Source of the DNA: Epiperipatus broadwayi
Lineage: Eukaryota > Animalia > Onychophora
Length of the DNA: 64,000 bases
Reading direction: 5' to 3'
Assembly: GCA_028023455.1 (NCBI GenBank)
Contig: JAQFVV010000003.1
Coordinates: forward strand, 14,198,001-14,262,000
The notes under the pieces were generated by a model, which saw nothing but the letters and a program-made list of their open reading frames with translations, had not been told where the DNA came from and did no database searches. The stretch's first letter is position 1, and each line of letters opens with the position of its first letter. The position numbers and the translations under genes were made by a program. This document shows, in pieces, positions 1 to 13,596 of the stretch.

Positions 1-1713
1 TATGTTAGATGAGTAAATGAAGATTATTCAATGAAATAAAAACTTGCTAGAGAGAAAGTAGCTTGAGAATAGATTGAAGATAAATTATAAGTTGGGGAAG
101 GACATGAAATGGACTGGTAGGTAGATACTTTCCAAGTTCGGAGAAAATATCAGGTTTAAAGGAGCTGAAGATAGTGTTTGGGTTATTAAGATGATTAAAA
201 GAATCCTCATGATGTAGAATATTTATAAATGATGGTACAATTTTCAAATTTTTATTTAAGGTTGACACAAATTTCAACATTTTATTTTGTGAATCTAATA
301 TTCTTGACAAGAGTAATTATGCACTTCACAAAGTGAACAATATTTTTTAAAAGTAATGGTTATCTTAGTTTTAGATTTAAATTCTAGAAGTGATTTGGAT
401 TTTTAACTATATCAAGTGTTACTAACAGTAGTGATGTTTTGTTGGTTTTATATCTAATATTGTAATAGTAAATGTGATGTATGTGTGGTAGATATCAAGA
501 TAAAATGGCAATTTAATTATTCGGTATAAGACAAAGATCTCTCATAGAAGAACAATGAACAAAGCATTAATTATTATAATTGCCTGTTAGTGAGCATTTA
601 AACATATCTCCATCCTTGTATTATTCTCTAGCTAAGAATAGCTAAATATCCCTTTACAGACCCATATTGGATGTTTAATTGATTTGGCAGTGAACTCCTA
701 CCTGAAAGAAAAATTCTACACTTTTATAAATTTCATGTAGCTGGAATTCAAATTCAGGTTGTGGGCGTAATAGGAAGATACCCTAAAATTTCACCAAGAG
801 ATTTTGGTAAAGGTTCATATATTTTGGTTTTCAGTCTGAAGGCAAATATCTCAAAATCTATGTCTAAAGATGGAATTAAGCAGTTTTTAGATATTGATGG
901 AACTATTAGTTAATAGGATAATATGACCAAATATTGCAGTTTATCAATTTTCCAGTTAATTTTAAAATTTAAATATTTAACTCTATTGCTTAATATGAAG
1001 AAACTTATTACCGAGTAAAATTATGCATAAAACTCATGTAGGCACGCAAGCCCCCACATATTGCGAATTACAAATTCATTGCTCTCATTCGCGAAATCAG
1101 TGTCAAAAATATAGATTTAATCACTTGAAATTATCTTCAGAATCTTTTTGCTATTTTTTTTTTTAATTTTATATATAAATATTTTTGCATCGATTATTTC
1201 TCCTCTTTATTACCCCCAACCCATTTTTTTCGGTACACATTTTCTTTCTATAAACAGTTATTGTTTTTAAAGTAATAAAGTAGTTATGTTTTATGAAGAA
1301 TATTTCTGTACTGATTTGAAAGTTAATGCAATAGATAAATATTTTTAAATTTTCAGATTGGTTTTATTTTGTAAAGAATGGGAATGTTTGGAAACACATC
1401 CATAATAAAAGATTTTTATATATTTCAGTGCGCACACTCTTAACTTTAATTAATTTTTTCCTAAATACATAGATGCAGTTTTTTAACAGATTTTTTTTTT
1501 TTTAAAGATGTAAGCTTGAACGGATTTGCTATTCTCATTGTTGCTAGGTGGCAATAATAGAGAAAAAGGGGGGGGGGGGATGTTTATCAGGAATTAAGAT
1601 GAATGAGCCAGAAGGCAGACAGGTTTGGCTTCGGATTAGATCCTCAGCTCTCCAACCAAATAAATTTAATCTTTTGTGTTGGAAAATTATCAAAGCTTGA
1701 ACATTTGCTTCTG

Positions 1714-1800
1714 ATTGGTCATTTGACTGGGTGGGTCATCATATTATCGGGAGATGGAGATGCTATAAATAAGACGCTTGTTAGGATTCATCGTGCAGTT
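1714..1800 (+). promoter_or_regulatory. Candidate Pol II core promoter (reverse CCAAT, TATA box, Inr-like)
   Basis: ATTGG at 1714-1718, TATAAATA at 1764-1771 and an Inr-like GCAGTT at 1795-1800, in roughly canonical spacing; a strong donor AAG|GTAAGA follows at 1828/1829. Confidence 0.5.
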
Positions 1801-1822
1801 TTGTTGGGAATGTCACAGTGAA

Positions 1823-1828
1823 ATGAAG
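1823..1828 (+). CDS. Possible 2-codon first coding exon (Met-Lys), phase-compatible with the HMGA exon at 6178
   Basis: ATG AAG|gtaaga gives a phase-0 donor, matching the phase-0 acceptor at 6177/6178. An upstream ATG TCA CAG TGA at 1810 weakens the call. Confidence 0.3.
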
Positions 1829-4330
1829 GTAAGAAGACAAATGATGGTTTTGATTAGAAAAATATATATACATTTTATATTTTCCCCAAATTCATTATAA
1901 TTGAATGTTATATATTAATGATTGAAATATATAATCGAGATACACTATACATATTTTGATTTTGCATTTAATATAATAACTGGGGTTTAATTTAGATATT
2001 TCAGTACTTCTAAAATTAATATATTGTATGAATAATCACATTTTATTTGTGGATTGTTAAATCATATTATATAAAAATATTTATGTCTATATATTCGTAC
2101 ACAAAGCAAATTTTATATACTATATATGCCTTAATTAGCATTTACCTTTGTTCTGGGTCCCACAAGTCCTTTGTTCCATTTTACAAAGGATTGATAATGA
2201 AAAATTTCATCCTGCTAATTTTTTTTATTTCAAATTTGAGTAAGATTAAAATTTAATATTTTCAGAACTCTTTAGATATTTTCTGATTTATTATTATAAT
2301 TTTTTTAAAAAAATGATCGTCTGTAGTGCACCTATCTTTGTGTTGCGACATCTGATATATTGTTTTTGCAGCAGATGTGTTTCTTAAACTGCTTTGTGTT
2401 ATAAATACAATTATTGCATCCATCTCCTTCTTAACAGATTTGATTGTTATATTTTACAGTTTGAAATCATTTTTAATACATTATATATATATATTCTTTG
2501 CCCGAAGACAAGTGAAAGTAATTATGGAATAGGGTATGTGTTATCAAGTGATATGATCATTGCCTGGATTTATTATTGCTTTTTAATTCTTCAATTAACA
2601 CTATTTGTAACATATCCCATTTAGAGCTGCATCATAACTTGATAAGCCATTTGCCTCATTTATATGCATAAAATTGGTAATTGCAAATAATTACGTTTGT
2701 GCTTGTGCATATATATTCTCAAATAAAAGTTGGCATTTATGTTTATTTTCAAATATAAGATATATACTATAATCTTTTTTTTTTTAAAAAAAAATAAACA
2801 AACAATTACATGTTGCAAACATTGTCAGCCCATTCGCCAATATTTTTTCACAAAAGTTTTTTCCATGCTTTTCTGCTCTTCAATGGCATTCTCCGATTAC
2901 TAATCTATTCTTGCTATATGCACAGTATTTCTTTATTAAATATTTATAAGACATTCCAATTTAGATTCTAAACATTTATGTTTTTTAATTTTTATTTCCC
3001 AATATACTTTTTTTATACTTTATTCACTTGTAGTTGTTCAAAGTCCATGCTACACAACCATATCTCAAAATAACTGGATACATTGATTTAATGAAATATA
3101 AATAATGCACTCTTGTAATTGTCTGCTATATATATATTGTGGGTGTAAATATCCATGTACTAACTGCATAAAAAGATGCATTATTTTTATTTATTTTGTT
3201 GTCCTTTATTGTGTGAGGTTTTTTTAAAGGATTAATTTAGATTCTTAATAAGATTATTGATTTTATTATAATGTTTTTTTATATTTAGTCATAGCACCTT
3301 AATGCCTATTAAATCCAGTTGCCTTCTGGTAGAGAAAACTCCTCATTGTTAAGAGATTTTCAAAATAAATATGAATTTGTGCTATCATATATGGAGTGAA
3401 AAGTTTCATTTTTCTAGTATAAAGATTGAATATCTTACCTTGTCTTGTATCTATGATTATTCAATAAATTTTCTTTTATTGTTTCAATATACTGATAGAA
3501 TATTCCGGTATAATTTAAATAGATTTATTATTTATAGTGTAGATTTTGTAAAAAAAAATCCAATTCAATTTTCTAAAGCAGGAAATTTGATTTATCAGGT
3601 TTATTTCTTTTTTTAAAACATCTTCATTGATTTCAATCGAGGGAAAAAAAATCCAGTTTAATCAACACAACATCATTGTTGTGATATATATAAAGTTTTG
3701 CACTTTATTATAATAAATGCCATTTTTTTTAATTTTCTGTTTTGATTGGCTAACAATATTCAAGGCTTAATTTTATTTGTGCGTGTGTGTGGGGGGTTAA
3801 TTCAAAAAACACCCACAAATGAAACACCTGGAGAGGAGAAAATATCACTTAAAATATGTTCTGTACCAATCTATGATGTTACTAATTGTTATTTGTATAG
3901 CATTTGGAAATGTATAAAAGTATAAATAGAGTTTACGTTTTTATAAAAATATTTAATAATTCAAAAATGATGGAAATAACTACTAACTACAAACAAAATA
4001 AGATTAAAATTGTATTCTAAAACATGTGATATTGTTTGCATGAAGGTTTGTGTTGATAGCATTTTAGTTATATGTTGGATTATTTCCATCATTTAACATT
4101 AAGTATTGAATGTAAAAATTTGTAAACTTTTAAAATTTTTAAATTAGATTCAACTATTAATAATAGCACACAGGTTAGTATATATTTATATAGCATTTCG
4201 AGTGATATTATTCTCATGAAGAAGAGATGAGAATAATACTAATCGAAATATTGTGTATATAGTAAATATGTGTACTATTATTAACAAGTAGAAAATTTAA
4301 ATGAAGTTTAAACATTTTTGTAAAGATATT

Positions 4331-4650
4331 CATCAGCATCAACCATTATCAATACACTGCACGATGAAAGTTTCTCCAAGTTCAATCCATCTTCTTCCGA
4401 TCTTTAGCTTGTCTTCTCCACATGACCCCTGCACATTTTCTTATTTCATCCATCCATCTCACATATGGTCTTTTTCTGGGTCTTTTACAATCTCTTGGAA
4501 TCAAGTTTAAGATTTCAATTGTCCATCTATTATTATCTCTTCTAGCAATATGTCCAGCCCAACTCCACTTCAGTCTTTTAATTTTGTTAGTGAGGTCAAT
4601 AACACCTGTTTGTTCTCTTACCAATATATTGTGTTTTCGATGTCTTGTTA
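4331..4650 (-). mobile_element. 5'-truncated RTE LINE fragment (3' end plus tail)
   Basis: ORF 4382..4672 (LKWSWAGHIARRDNNRW...KRPRKRPYVRWMDEIRK) closely matches the C-terminus of the full-length RTE at 51477-51812, and the 3' tail is shared. Confidence 0.9.
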
Positions 4651-6177
4651 CATGATGGAAATAGTCCAGCATATAAGTATAACATAATATCTTGATACTC
4701 TGTGCAAATAGAGAAGAAAAATAAAGTGTTCCCAGTAGCTATTATAGTAAATTAAAAAAACTATGTAAAATATTTTTATATGATTCAAAAAATTAGGTTT
4801 AGTCTTATGAATTTTAACAATATAGCTAGGATTGATTTATTCGGTTATATTCTATAGTGATAGAATGCTTCTAGTCATATCAATGCACAAGCATGTAGGC
4901 ATGGATTTTAGAGGAAATAAAATATTATTTCTTTATTTAAAAAACATAATCTGAATTCTGAATATTCAAGCTGGTGTCTCAAAATTTCATTAGAATTTTA
5001 ATATAGTATATTGCATGTTTATGTAAAACATGATGCTACTTGATAAGAATCAGAAAAAACATCCAGCTACATCTATATAATTATAATATTGGTTTTGATT
5101 GCAGCCAATATAAGCCAGATAATTGTTAGATTTGCAAATTTGGAGACTAGTGATATGGCATATATTAAGATTCATGCTTTTGTTACATTCTTTATTAATA
5201 TATATCATTAATTTTTAATATATAATTAATAGCATTTTGCAACTAGAAAAATATATTTTTAAAAATCAAATAATGAATTCAAATTTTGAATAAATTAATG
5301 GGATTTTGAATTATTATATTAAAGTTCTAAATAGTTTGAAGCCTGAAAAACAAATATAATTGGTTATTGTAGAGAAATAACCATTATTAATAAGAATGGT
5401 AATAATATCACTATTTCCAAGTAAAGTAATAAATTTCATCCACATATTATTTGAATAAAAATTTTTTTTTTACTACACTTTTGAAATGAAAAGATGTAAT
5501 TATTCTGTTTTTTATTATATGATTTTTATTAATTTGATATATCTGTATGTTTCTGTCTGTACATCCACATTTTTGAAATTTGTTCCGGCTAAGAATTTTT
5601 TTTTTGGTTTTAACAAAATAATATATAAAAAGTTTTTTTTTAAATAATGCTTTTATGTAAACAGTATTAGCTAGCTAAAAAGTTGAAAAATAAAAGCAAT
5701 TTGATTAAAAAGTAGAAAAAATTGAATCTCAATTAATTTTCCATTATTGGAAAATATCGAAGATCTTAAAAATCTAGTCTTGTTATAAAAAAATTGGAAA
5801 TTGTAGGAATATTGTCATTTCATAAAAGCATTTAAATGAGCCCTTTTTGATTTTTATGATTTATTTGAACCTCAAATGTCTTTTTGAAACAACTATATTT
5901 CTGCAATTTCAAAATGTTTTATAACAAGTCTAGATTATTAGGATCTCTGATATTTTCCAAGAATGAGTAATTAACCAAGATTTAATTTCTTTCTATTTTT
6001 TAGTCAGATTAATTTGTTATTTGGCTAGTACTGTTTACATAAAAATATTAAAAAACATTTTTTTTACATATTTTTTTATATAATATACTGAACTACTCTA
6101 TTTATAAAATAAACAATAATTCATTGGGGGAAAAAAGGCAAATGATTTTACAAACTTCTTTTTTATTATACCCGTAG

Positions 6178-6255
6178 GAATCTTCAGAACCTAAAGAAAA
6201 AAGGGCGCGAGGACGTCCTAGAGGCAGCAAGAATAAGTCTCCTTTAAAGACAAAG
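6178..6255 (+). CDS. HMGA: HMGA-family AT-hook protein, exon with the extended second-type AT-hook
   Basis: gtag|GAA...AAG|gttagt; 78 nt, phase 0-0; ESSEPKEKRARGRPRGSKNKSPLKTK, versus recalled HMGA2 exon 2 [29 protein letters not shown]. Confidence 0.93.
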
Positions 6256-7120
6256 GTTAGTTTCTATTTTTCATTATATATTTCTTGATAAAACAATATA
6301 CATGTATGTATATTTTTGTAATTTTTTTAACTTCATGTTCAAAAAATAAAAATAGATGGAAGTCGTGTGCCGAGAATATAACTAAGAAATTTAGATGTGG
6401 TCAATGTCGTCTACCTATAGGTATGGACTAAAGCATCATCTGTTTAGTGATAACTTAACTTTCAGGTTTAATTCTGCAATAAGTAAAATGGAAAAAAATA
6501 TCAAACTGATCATTTTCTGGTGCTCAAATATCACATGATCTCGCAAGAAATTAAATATTCTTTTATTTTTAATGAGGAATTATACCAAAAGTTATCTGGC
6601 GACTGTAAAATTCTCCAAATATTACACATTTCAGTCACAACTGACATAAATCATATTTTTAAAGCTAGGATCCATCTCATGTCTACTCATCAATCATCTG
6701 TAAATATTGTAAGGATATAAATTATAGTAACAATTTTCGCAGAAATCAATATTGCTACAAACAGTTAGGTAGGAAAGGGGAATGCATTACTTATCTTTAG
6801 GAACATACTTTTTAAATGGGCCATTTGTTTGAATGAACTATCATTCTCTTATTTCTAAAAATATTTCTAACGCAATTTTTCTGAATTGTAGTAGAATGGT
6901 TTGAAAACAGAATGTCTGTACTTATTCTTTTGTGGTCTTAACCTTTGCTAATGTCATTCATATACTGATAGAATAATATTAACCATAGTGCTGCTGCTAT
7001 CTACTATGATTTTTAAGATTGTTTTATGCATGTTTCTGATAGCAAACTTAAAACAATCATTTTATTGAACCACTGATCATCAAATAATCACCATTCTTTA
7101 AGCTTACACAAGGTGTTTTC

Positions 7121-7200
7121 ACAGTGGCAAAACTCTTCATATAGTAGCACCATTTAGTGCAAGCTAGAGTAATTCAATGGATGCAGGAAGGTTTGTGCAT
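7121..7200 (+). repeat. Diverged copy of one arm of the 11951-12201 inverted-repeat element
   Basis: aaaactcttcatatagtagcaccatttagtgcaagctagagtaattcaatggatgcaggaagg aligns with 11958-12020. Confidence 0.6.
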
Positions 7201-9427
7201 GGAGAATTTTGCATCTGAATTATTTTATTGCTTGGCACTTTCTAACAAGTTTGAGCCTCAGAAGTGATTGAGTTATTAACACCAAAACCATAAGACATTG
7301 TTACAAATTTCTTGGAAGATCCTGTGAGTAATTTTTCGAATAGCCAGTTTTTTTTTTTCATTTCTTCAGTCAGGAATATAATAAACAGAATATTTTCCTA
7401 AGTTGTATCTAAAAATGTTATATCTACATAACTATATAATCAAATTGTCTTAGGTGCAAATTAAGTTATTTGAATATCAGGTTGAAAGAGGTAGAAGTGG
7501 TTTCTAGGTATGTGGTTTCAAATCTACTGCTTCTTATTGATGAAGTATATTAGTCAGAAATTATTGTTGGGATTTGGATGTGACTATCAAGGATCCAATG
7601 ATTACTCAGTCAAAGTTAGAATCTTTGCCTCTGGAGTAGACTAAACACAATGGGGATTATTCTAAATATATAAATAATTGTTGCAAATGGATCAATTTGA
7701 GTTTTTTTTTTTTTTAGTTTAGTATCCTTTAGTGAGTAGTTTAATAAAAGGTTTAGATTTGTCACTAATTAAAAATTTGAGAGAGAAAAATATACAGTTT
7801 TGCCATTTAGACCACCCTTTTTATTTGTAATAATCATTACTGCTTTGCTATTTTGACATTAAAATTTGTTTTTAGAAAACAATTTGAAAATTAATACAAA
7901 ATTATTTTACTAAAACAAAATATTAGATAAGTAGTGGTGGATGTAATGACAAATTAAGAATGAGAAATGCAGGGACCAAACAATCTTTTAAGAAATCTCA
8001 TATTATATTGTTGTCAATTGAAATTAGATTTGAAAAAGCTAATTTATTTTGATTGAAGTATCATTTTATATAAACGGAAGATGATGTCATTTGAGTAAAA
8101 AGAAGAAATCAATTTTAGGCTTTAGATTGATGGATTTGAAAGAGAATAATAGAATAAATAGATGATGGAAGATAAGTAGAAAAAAAAAAAATTAGACTAT
8201 TATGAGGAGAAACAACAATTAAATTAGATAGTTTATTCTTAAGGTAGGAACTATGAAAGATGTGTTAGAATTGTGGGGTAAGAGAGAAATGAGAGAAAAA
8301 TTGATAGATTAGGATTAAAGCAAGGGAAGAAAGATTTGAGAAAGTTGGTCTGAGTGATGAGTCCTCTCTTTGGAAGATAACTAATGATAATGATGATCAA
8401 AGCAATGAGGAGAGAAAGAAGATAAGCAGTTATTATAGTTAGTGCAAAAATAATTGTGAACACATGTATATTAGATAATTTAAATATTTCAAATCAACAT
8501 CATCAATCATTCACAAAGAATATGAATTTTAAAAAAAGTCAGAATTATTGTGCATTTAATTGAAGGATGGAAATAGGAGTGTACAAAAAATATAGCTTAA
8601 TGCTGGAGAAAGTCCAACCATTTAAAAGTATATATATATAAAATAATCATCTAATATAAATATTTGTGTGTGTTTGTTAGTATTTTTTTTTTTTTTAAAA
8701 AGAAAAATGTAAAAATCGGTTGTCTTTTAAAAATTAATGAATAGAACTTCAAAAATATAAATAACTTTTTTTAAAAAAATATTGATATAAAACTGTATAC
8801 AAGATTCTATAATGAAAATTAATTAATAATACATTTAATGACTTTTTTTATAAAACATTTTACATCAAGTTCGTTGTTTTAAAAAAAGTGTTTTTTTTTT
8901 TAAAGTAAAAATCAATATTTTTAATTAATACAACTATTCTCTTTTAATTCTGAAACATAAATTTTTATTGTAAATAGCTAAAATCATTTTATTAACTTCA
9001 TTAAATGGGCTGTGTATTAGAAAGATTTTTAAATAATAAAAAATTTGAAATTTAAGCATCATTTTACTCTTATTTAATAAAAATGCTAAATTAAAATATA
9101 ATATTAAGTACATTTTTTTTTAAAAAAAATAAAAACCTTTTAATGTATGTTGAATGATTTTTTTAAAAAAAAACTCAAACACCAGTAACATAGTGAATGT
9201 CTCTTCATTAAAAATAATTTAAACAAATGTGTATTTTTAAACAAACATTTCGATTTATGATTATACTTTTGGAATGATTTTTATTTAATTAAAGTTTCAA
9301 TTTAGTTAATAAATGTAAGCTCAATTAATTAAATAATTTTTATACAGAATTTTCACCTCATTTACATAATTGTTGATATGTAATATTCGAATTCAAGTAT
9401 AATATATGTACTTAAGTTTTAGATGTA

Positions 9428-9735
9428 ATTAGAGAGGATTTGAACAGACTTTGAAGCTCTTTTCAACCACCCATTTTATTTTATATAACTGATACACATA
9501 ACCACACACATGTGAAAAAGGTAAATGATTTCCAATATACATATTTTGCACTGAACTAGCACTCATCAGTTGGTCTGGATCATCATCTCCCATCCATATA
9601 TATATAATCAGTGCTCAGTTTATATTAAGATAGCAAATCCTCAAACTTGAATGGACTGACTTCAATCCTCTTGACTTTTCAGCCATTCATATCATTGAAA
9701 ATCTGATGATGGAATGTTCAAAGCCCTTGTTCATG
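9428..9735 (+). mobile_element. Degenerate copy of the ~350 bp MITE family (also 15355-15632 and 23873-24222)
   Basis: Shares catcagttggtc..gat, tatattaagatagc.aatc and cattgaaaatctgatgat with the 23873-24222 copy; the right end is missing. Confidence 0.7.
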
Positions 9736-11950
9736 GCAATAATTGTTGATATGTATGTTTTTTTTTCTTCTGAAATTGAGATTGTTATAATAAAAATTGA
9801 TGTTTTAGAATAAAAAGAGTAAGTCATTACTTTAAATCATTGATTTTTAATTCATAAAAAACTTTTTTACAAAAAATTTGACAAGATTTTTTTGCAATAA
9901 AAAACATTAAATGTGTAGCAAATTAATCTTCATTATAAAATCTTATATTATACTTTTGTATTAATATATTTATAAAGTATCACTAATTCTTGAACAGTTT
10001 TTTTTGCAAAGTGGGGGGGGGAGGGTTAAGGGTATATATATACTCAGTAAAACATTTAATTTGAAGTCAAAATCAAAAAAAATTTTGAATTGATTATTTG
10101 AGTTATCTAAAGATTTAACTCAAAATTTAAAAAAAGATGTAGGTTGTTGGAGGAAGGGTTAAATTAAAGTTTCATTTTTTTGTTTTTTAGGCTTAAGGGT
10201 TATTACTTTTATTTTATTCATTTTTTTCTATTTAGAACTATTTACCTTTATTTCTGGAATTCTGTTGACAATAATTATTAAACCTAGATTTTACAGAAAG
10301 TTTTGTTCTGAAAGTGTTAACTGTTTCATTTGACTTGTAATTTATACATTCATTAAATATTATATATTTGTGATTTGAAATTTTATATTTTTGTATCCTT
10401 TTTTTTCTATCAGATATCTTTAATTCACCTTTTTAAAATGTAATTTAATAAAGAACCTGTAAATGAACAGTTTTTAAATTGTATTAAAACAGGCCAAACT
10501 CTCTATATGTATATTGGTTTTTAAATTGTAATTATTGATAATATTTATTAATAATTTATTTTACATAATAATTAAAATACCAATTATTTTTTCATTTTTT
10601 TTTTTATAAGTTTAGGTTTTTATTACATTCCTGATAGGAAAAAAAAAAGCAAATATTCAAAATTTCTGAATATATAATTATAATACAATAAATACATTTT
10701 CTTATACAAATACACTCCAAAATTGGATTTGAATATTTATTTTCTAATTCATTAAAACATGCTTTTTTTTTTTCAAAGATTCTTTTTAGAGAGAACTTTT
10801 TGGTTTTTTTCCTTTCATTTCACAGAGCATTTTTAACTTTTTAAATGTCTGTTAATTATTGATAGACTGTATTAAATTGCCATTTTTCTTAATTGTCAAT
10901 TATGGTGAATGTCATTGATTTCGCTTGTCTTTTTTTCTAAAAAATAAATATTTTTGAATAAAAATCTACATCTGACCACAGTATTTTTTAAAAAAAGAAT
11001 TTAAATCAATATATTGTGAAAAACAATCACAAATAGGTATATGTTTTTTTCTTTCAAAATCTAACTCAAAAAAATCAATATGCCCAATGCTTTTGCAGGT
11101 ACTTTCTTATGCTGACAACTAGAAACTACCAATCGGCAACTTTAAGGATAAAGAGTCTGCTTCTTTGAAATTCTGCTTCTTTGAAACAATGTAGGTATTA
11201 TTTGAAGAAAACAAAAATGCTGACTTCTTCAGTCCTGATGAGATATGTGAAGAAATTTTAAAATATGCTTGCTATATATGTTGGCTTCAAAAATATTGGA
11301 ATTTTTTTAGAAATATTTATTATTACCTCTGTTGTATTGAGATCTAATCTTCATAAATGTTTTCTTCCTGCTTTTTTTTTTTTATTAATTAGCAGGTTGG
11401 CAAAAAATATATTTGATATTATCAAGATGAGAAAATTAATGATACAGATATTCAGTCTTAATGTTATATTTTTTGTAATTTAGTTGTTTCAGTAGTGATT
11501 ATCTAATTTCATTCATTAATTAAATTATTACTTACATTTAAATATATTTTTTTGTATGTATATTGTTCCTCCCCCTTCCTCCCACACACATATATGAGAA
11601 GCACGTATATGAGGATTTGCTGCAGCCATTTTATAAAACTTTTTACATTATAGGATATTTATGTTACAAAGATAATGTCATTCTCATGAAGATAAAATGG
11701 TGATTCATCTTAAGAAAAAAAAAAGTATTGTACAAGATATATTAATTATGTAATTAAATATAAACTTAGATGATATAAATAATAAATTGCACTTATAAAA
11801 ATAGAAAATATGCCATTAATTTTATTCAGTATCCTTGTACTGCAGTGACACATTGAAGGCAGATATTTTTATTGCTAACAAAAACAATTTATTAAATCAT
11901 TAAACATCACATGATCACCATTTCTTATTCTTGCTCATAATTGTTATTAA

Positions 11951-12201
11951 AACAGGTAAAACTCTCTATACACTAGTGCCATTCAGTGCAAGCCAGAGTA
12001 ATCAATGGATGCCAGAAGGGTTGTGCGTAAAATCCCTATCTAATGCCTATTCATCCAATATCCCCAGACTAGTTTCTAGCTTGTGGCTTTCGTCAGTGGG
12101 GAGGCTTGGATCTGAGAGCACTGCACCCAGAGCCTTCTGACATCCATTGATTACTCTGACTTGCATTGAGTGGCACTACTGTATGGTGAGTTTTGTCTGT
12201 T
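11951..12201. mobile_element. MITE-like element with ~69 bp inverted arms flanked by TTAA
   Basis: 11951-12020 (aacaggtaaaactc...tcaatggatgccagaagg) is the imperfect reverse complement of 12133-12201; TTAA at 11947-11950 and 12202-12205. Confidence 0.65.
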
Positions 12202-13178
12202 TTAAAAACAATTTATGCAAAAAAAAATTTAATTTAGCTCATAATTAAAAATAAACTGTCTATATACAAAAATAAAGTATATTAAAAATAAATCTAAAAT
12301 ATAATTTTTATTTGATATTCTGTATCTATAGAAATTTTTATTTTCCTTCAAAGTATTTTATGTATTTCATTCTAAAAAGTGTAAACAATATTGGTAAATT
12401 AATCACATTAGTAAAATTATACTAATCAATTGTATATGATATATTTTTGATTTAATTTTTATTTAATTGGACTGCATTTTAATAAAAAAATATGGCTACC
12501 ACTGATTTTTTGTTCTCAAACAATATTGCAAAAAAAAAAAAAAATCAGAACATAATATAATAGTGTAATAAAAATAAATGTTTTTTTTTTTGTCTGTTTT
12601 ATTTTAATGAATTGTGATTGAAGGGTATATCAATCTCATCCAATATACTAAATTAAAAAAAGTGACTATAAAATGTAAAAGTATCATTAAGCGAAAAAAA
12701 ATTCACACCTGTAATGTGCTTATTATATAGAATATAGATTAGTACTTTATTTTATTAATAATTGCTTGGCAAAATGGGCATTCATTAATAGTTACTTTTT
12801 TCAATTTTAAGTTTTATGATTTTTTTTTTATCTAATATTTAATGTTTATTGTATATAATGTAATGAATTTGATTTTTTTTGTCTAAGAAACCATTATAAC
12901 TCTTATTTTATTTTATGATTTTTGATTTATGTGATAGTATATTACAGAATCAGTTGCTTTCACCTGAGGTAAAGTTGATATAAGATAATTAAGGCTTTTA
13001 CTTAAAAAAATAAAAAAATGTTAATAGCATTATGTTATAATATGGATATAGTAATTAGAATCTTACCTCAGTCAATTTTATATTTTTTAATTTTTAGGTA
13101 TATTAGGTTTCTGTTTCTTAAACTCAGAATCATATAAATACATGCGTGCTTACTTATACAGGAAAATGTAAACAAAAA

Positions 13179-13596
13179 TGAGAAGGTTGCTTTGACAGCA
13201 GTGAGAAATATTGATTACTATCTTTATTGCGAATGTTTAGGTGGTTACTGGTTGGTTTCTAATGATTACATAATTATCCCATTTAGATTTAAGCATTATT
13301 TTACTTATTATTTAAATAATACATGAGCAATTTAAAAAGTATTGCAGTTTGTAATGTTATAATTGACTCTTTATTTCATATTTAAAGAGATTTATTTAAA
13401 CTTCATTGTATCAATATTTCATTCTCTGTGGTCAAGTTGCAATCTTTAAGTGACCATATATATTCAATGGACCATTAGTAAGAGTGGATTTCCATTCTTG
13501 CTATTAAAAGGTGAGAAGGTTGCCTTGACAGCAGTGAGAAATATTGATTACTATCTTTATTGTGAATGTTTTGGTGGTTACTGGTCGGTTTCTAAT
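13179..13596 (+). repeat. 85 bp direct repeat (13179-13263 and 13512-13596)
   Basis: tgagaaggttgc.ttgacagcagtgagaaatattgattactatctttattg.gaatgttt.ggtggttactgg.cggtttctaat occurs twice, 333 bp apart. Confidence 0.85.

Noticed and set aside
47-8463. Minus-strand ORFs 47..310 and 8251..8463
   Set aside because: They are Leu/Ile/Ser-rich frames from purine-skewed sequence, possibly old LINE ends, with no diagnostic motif.
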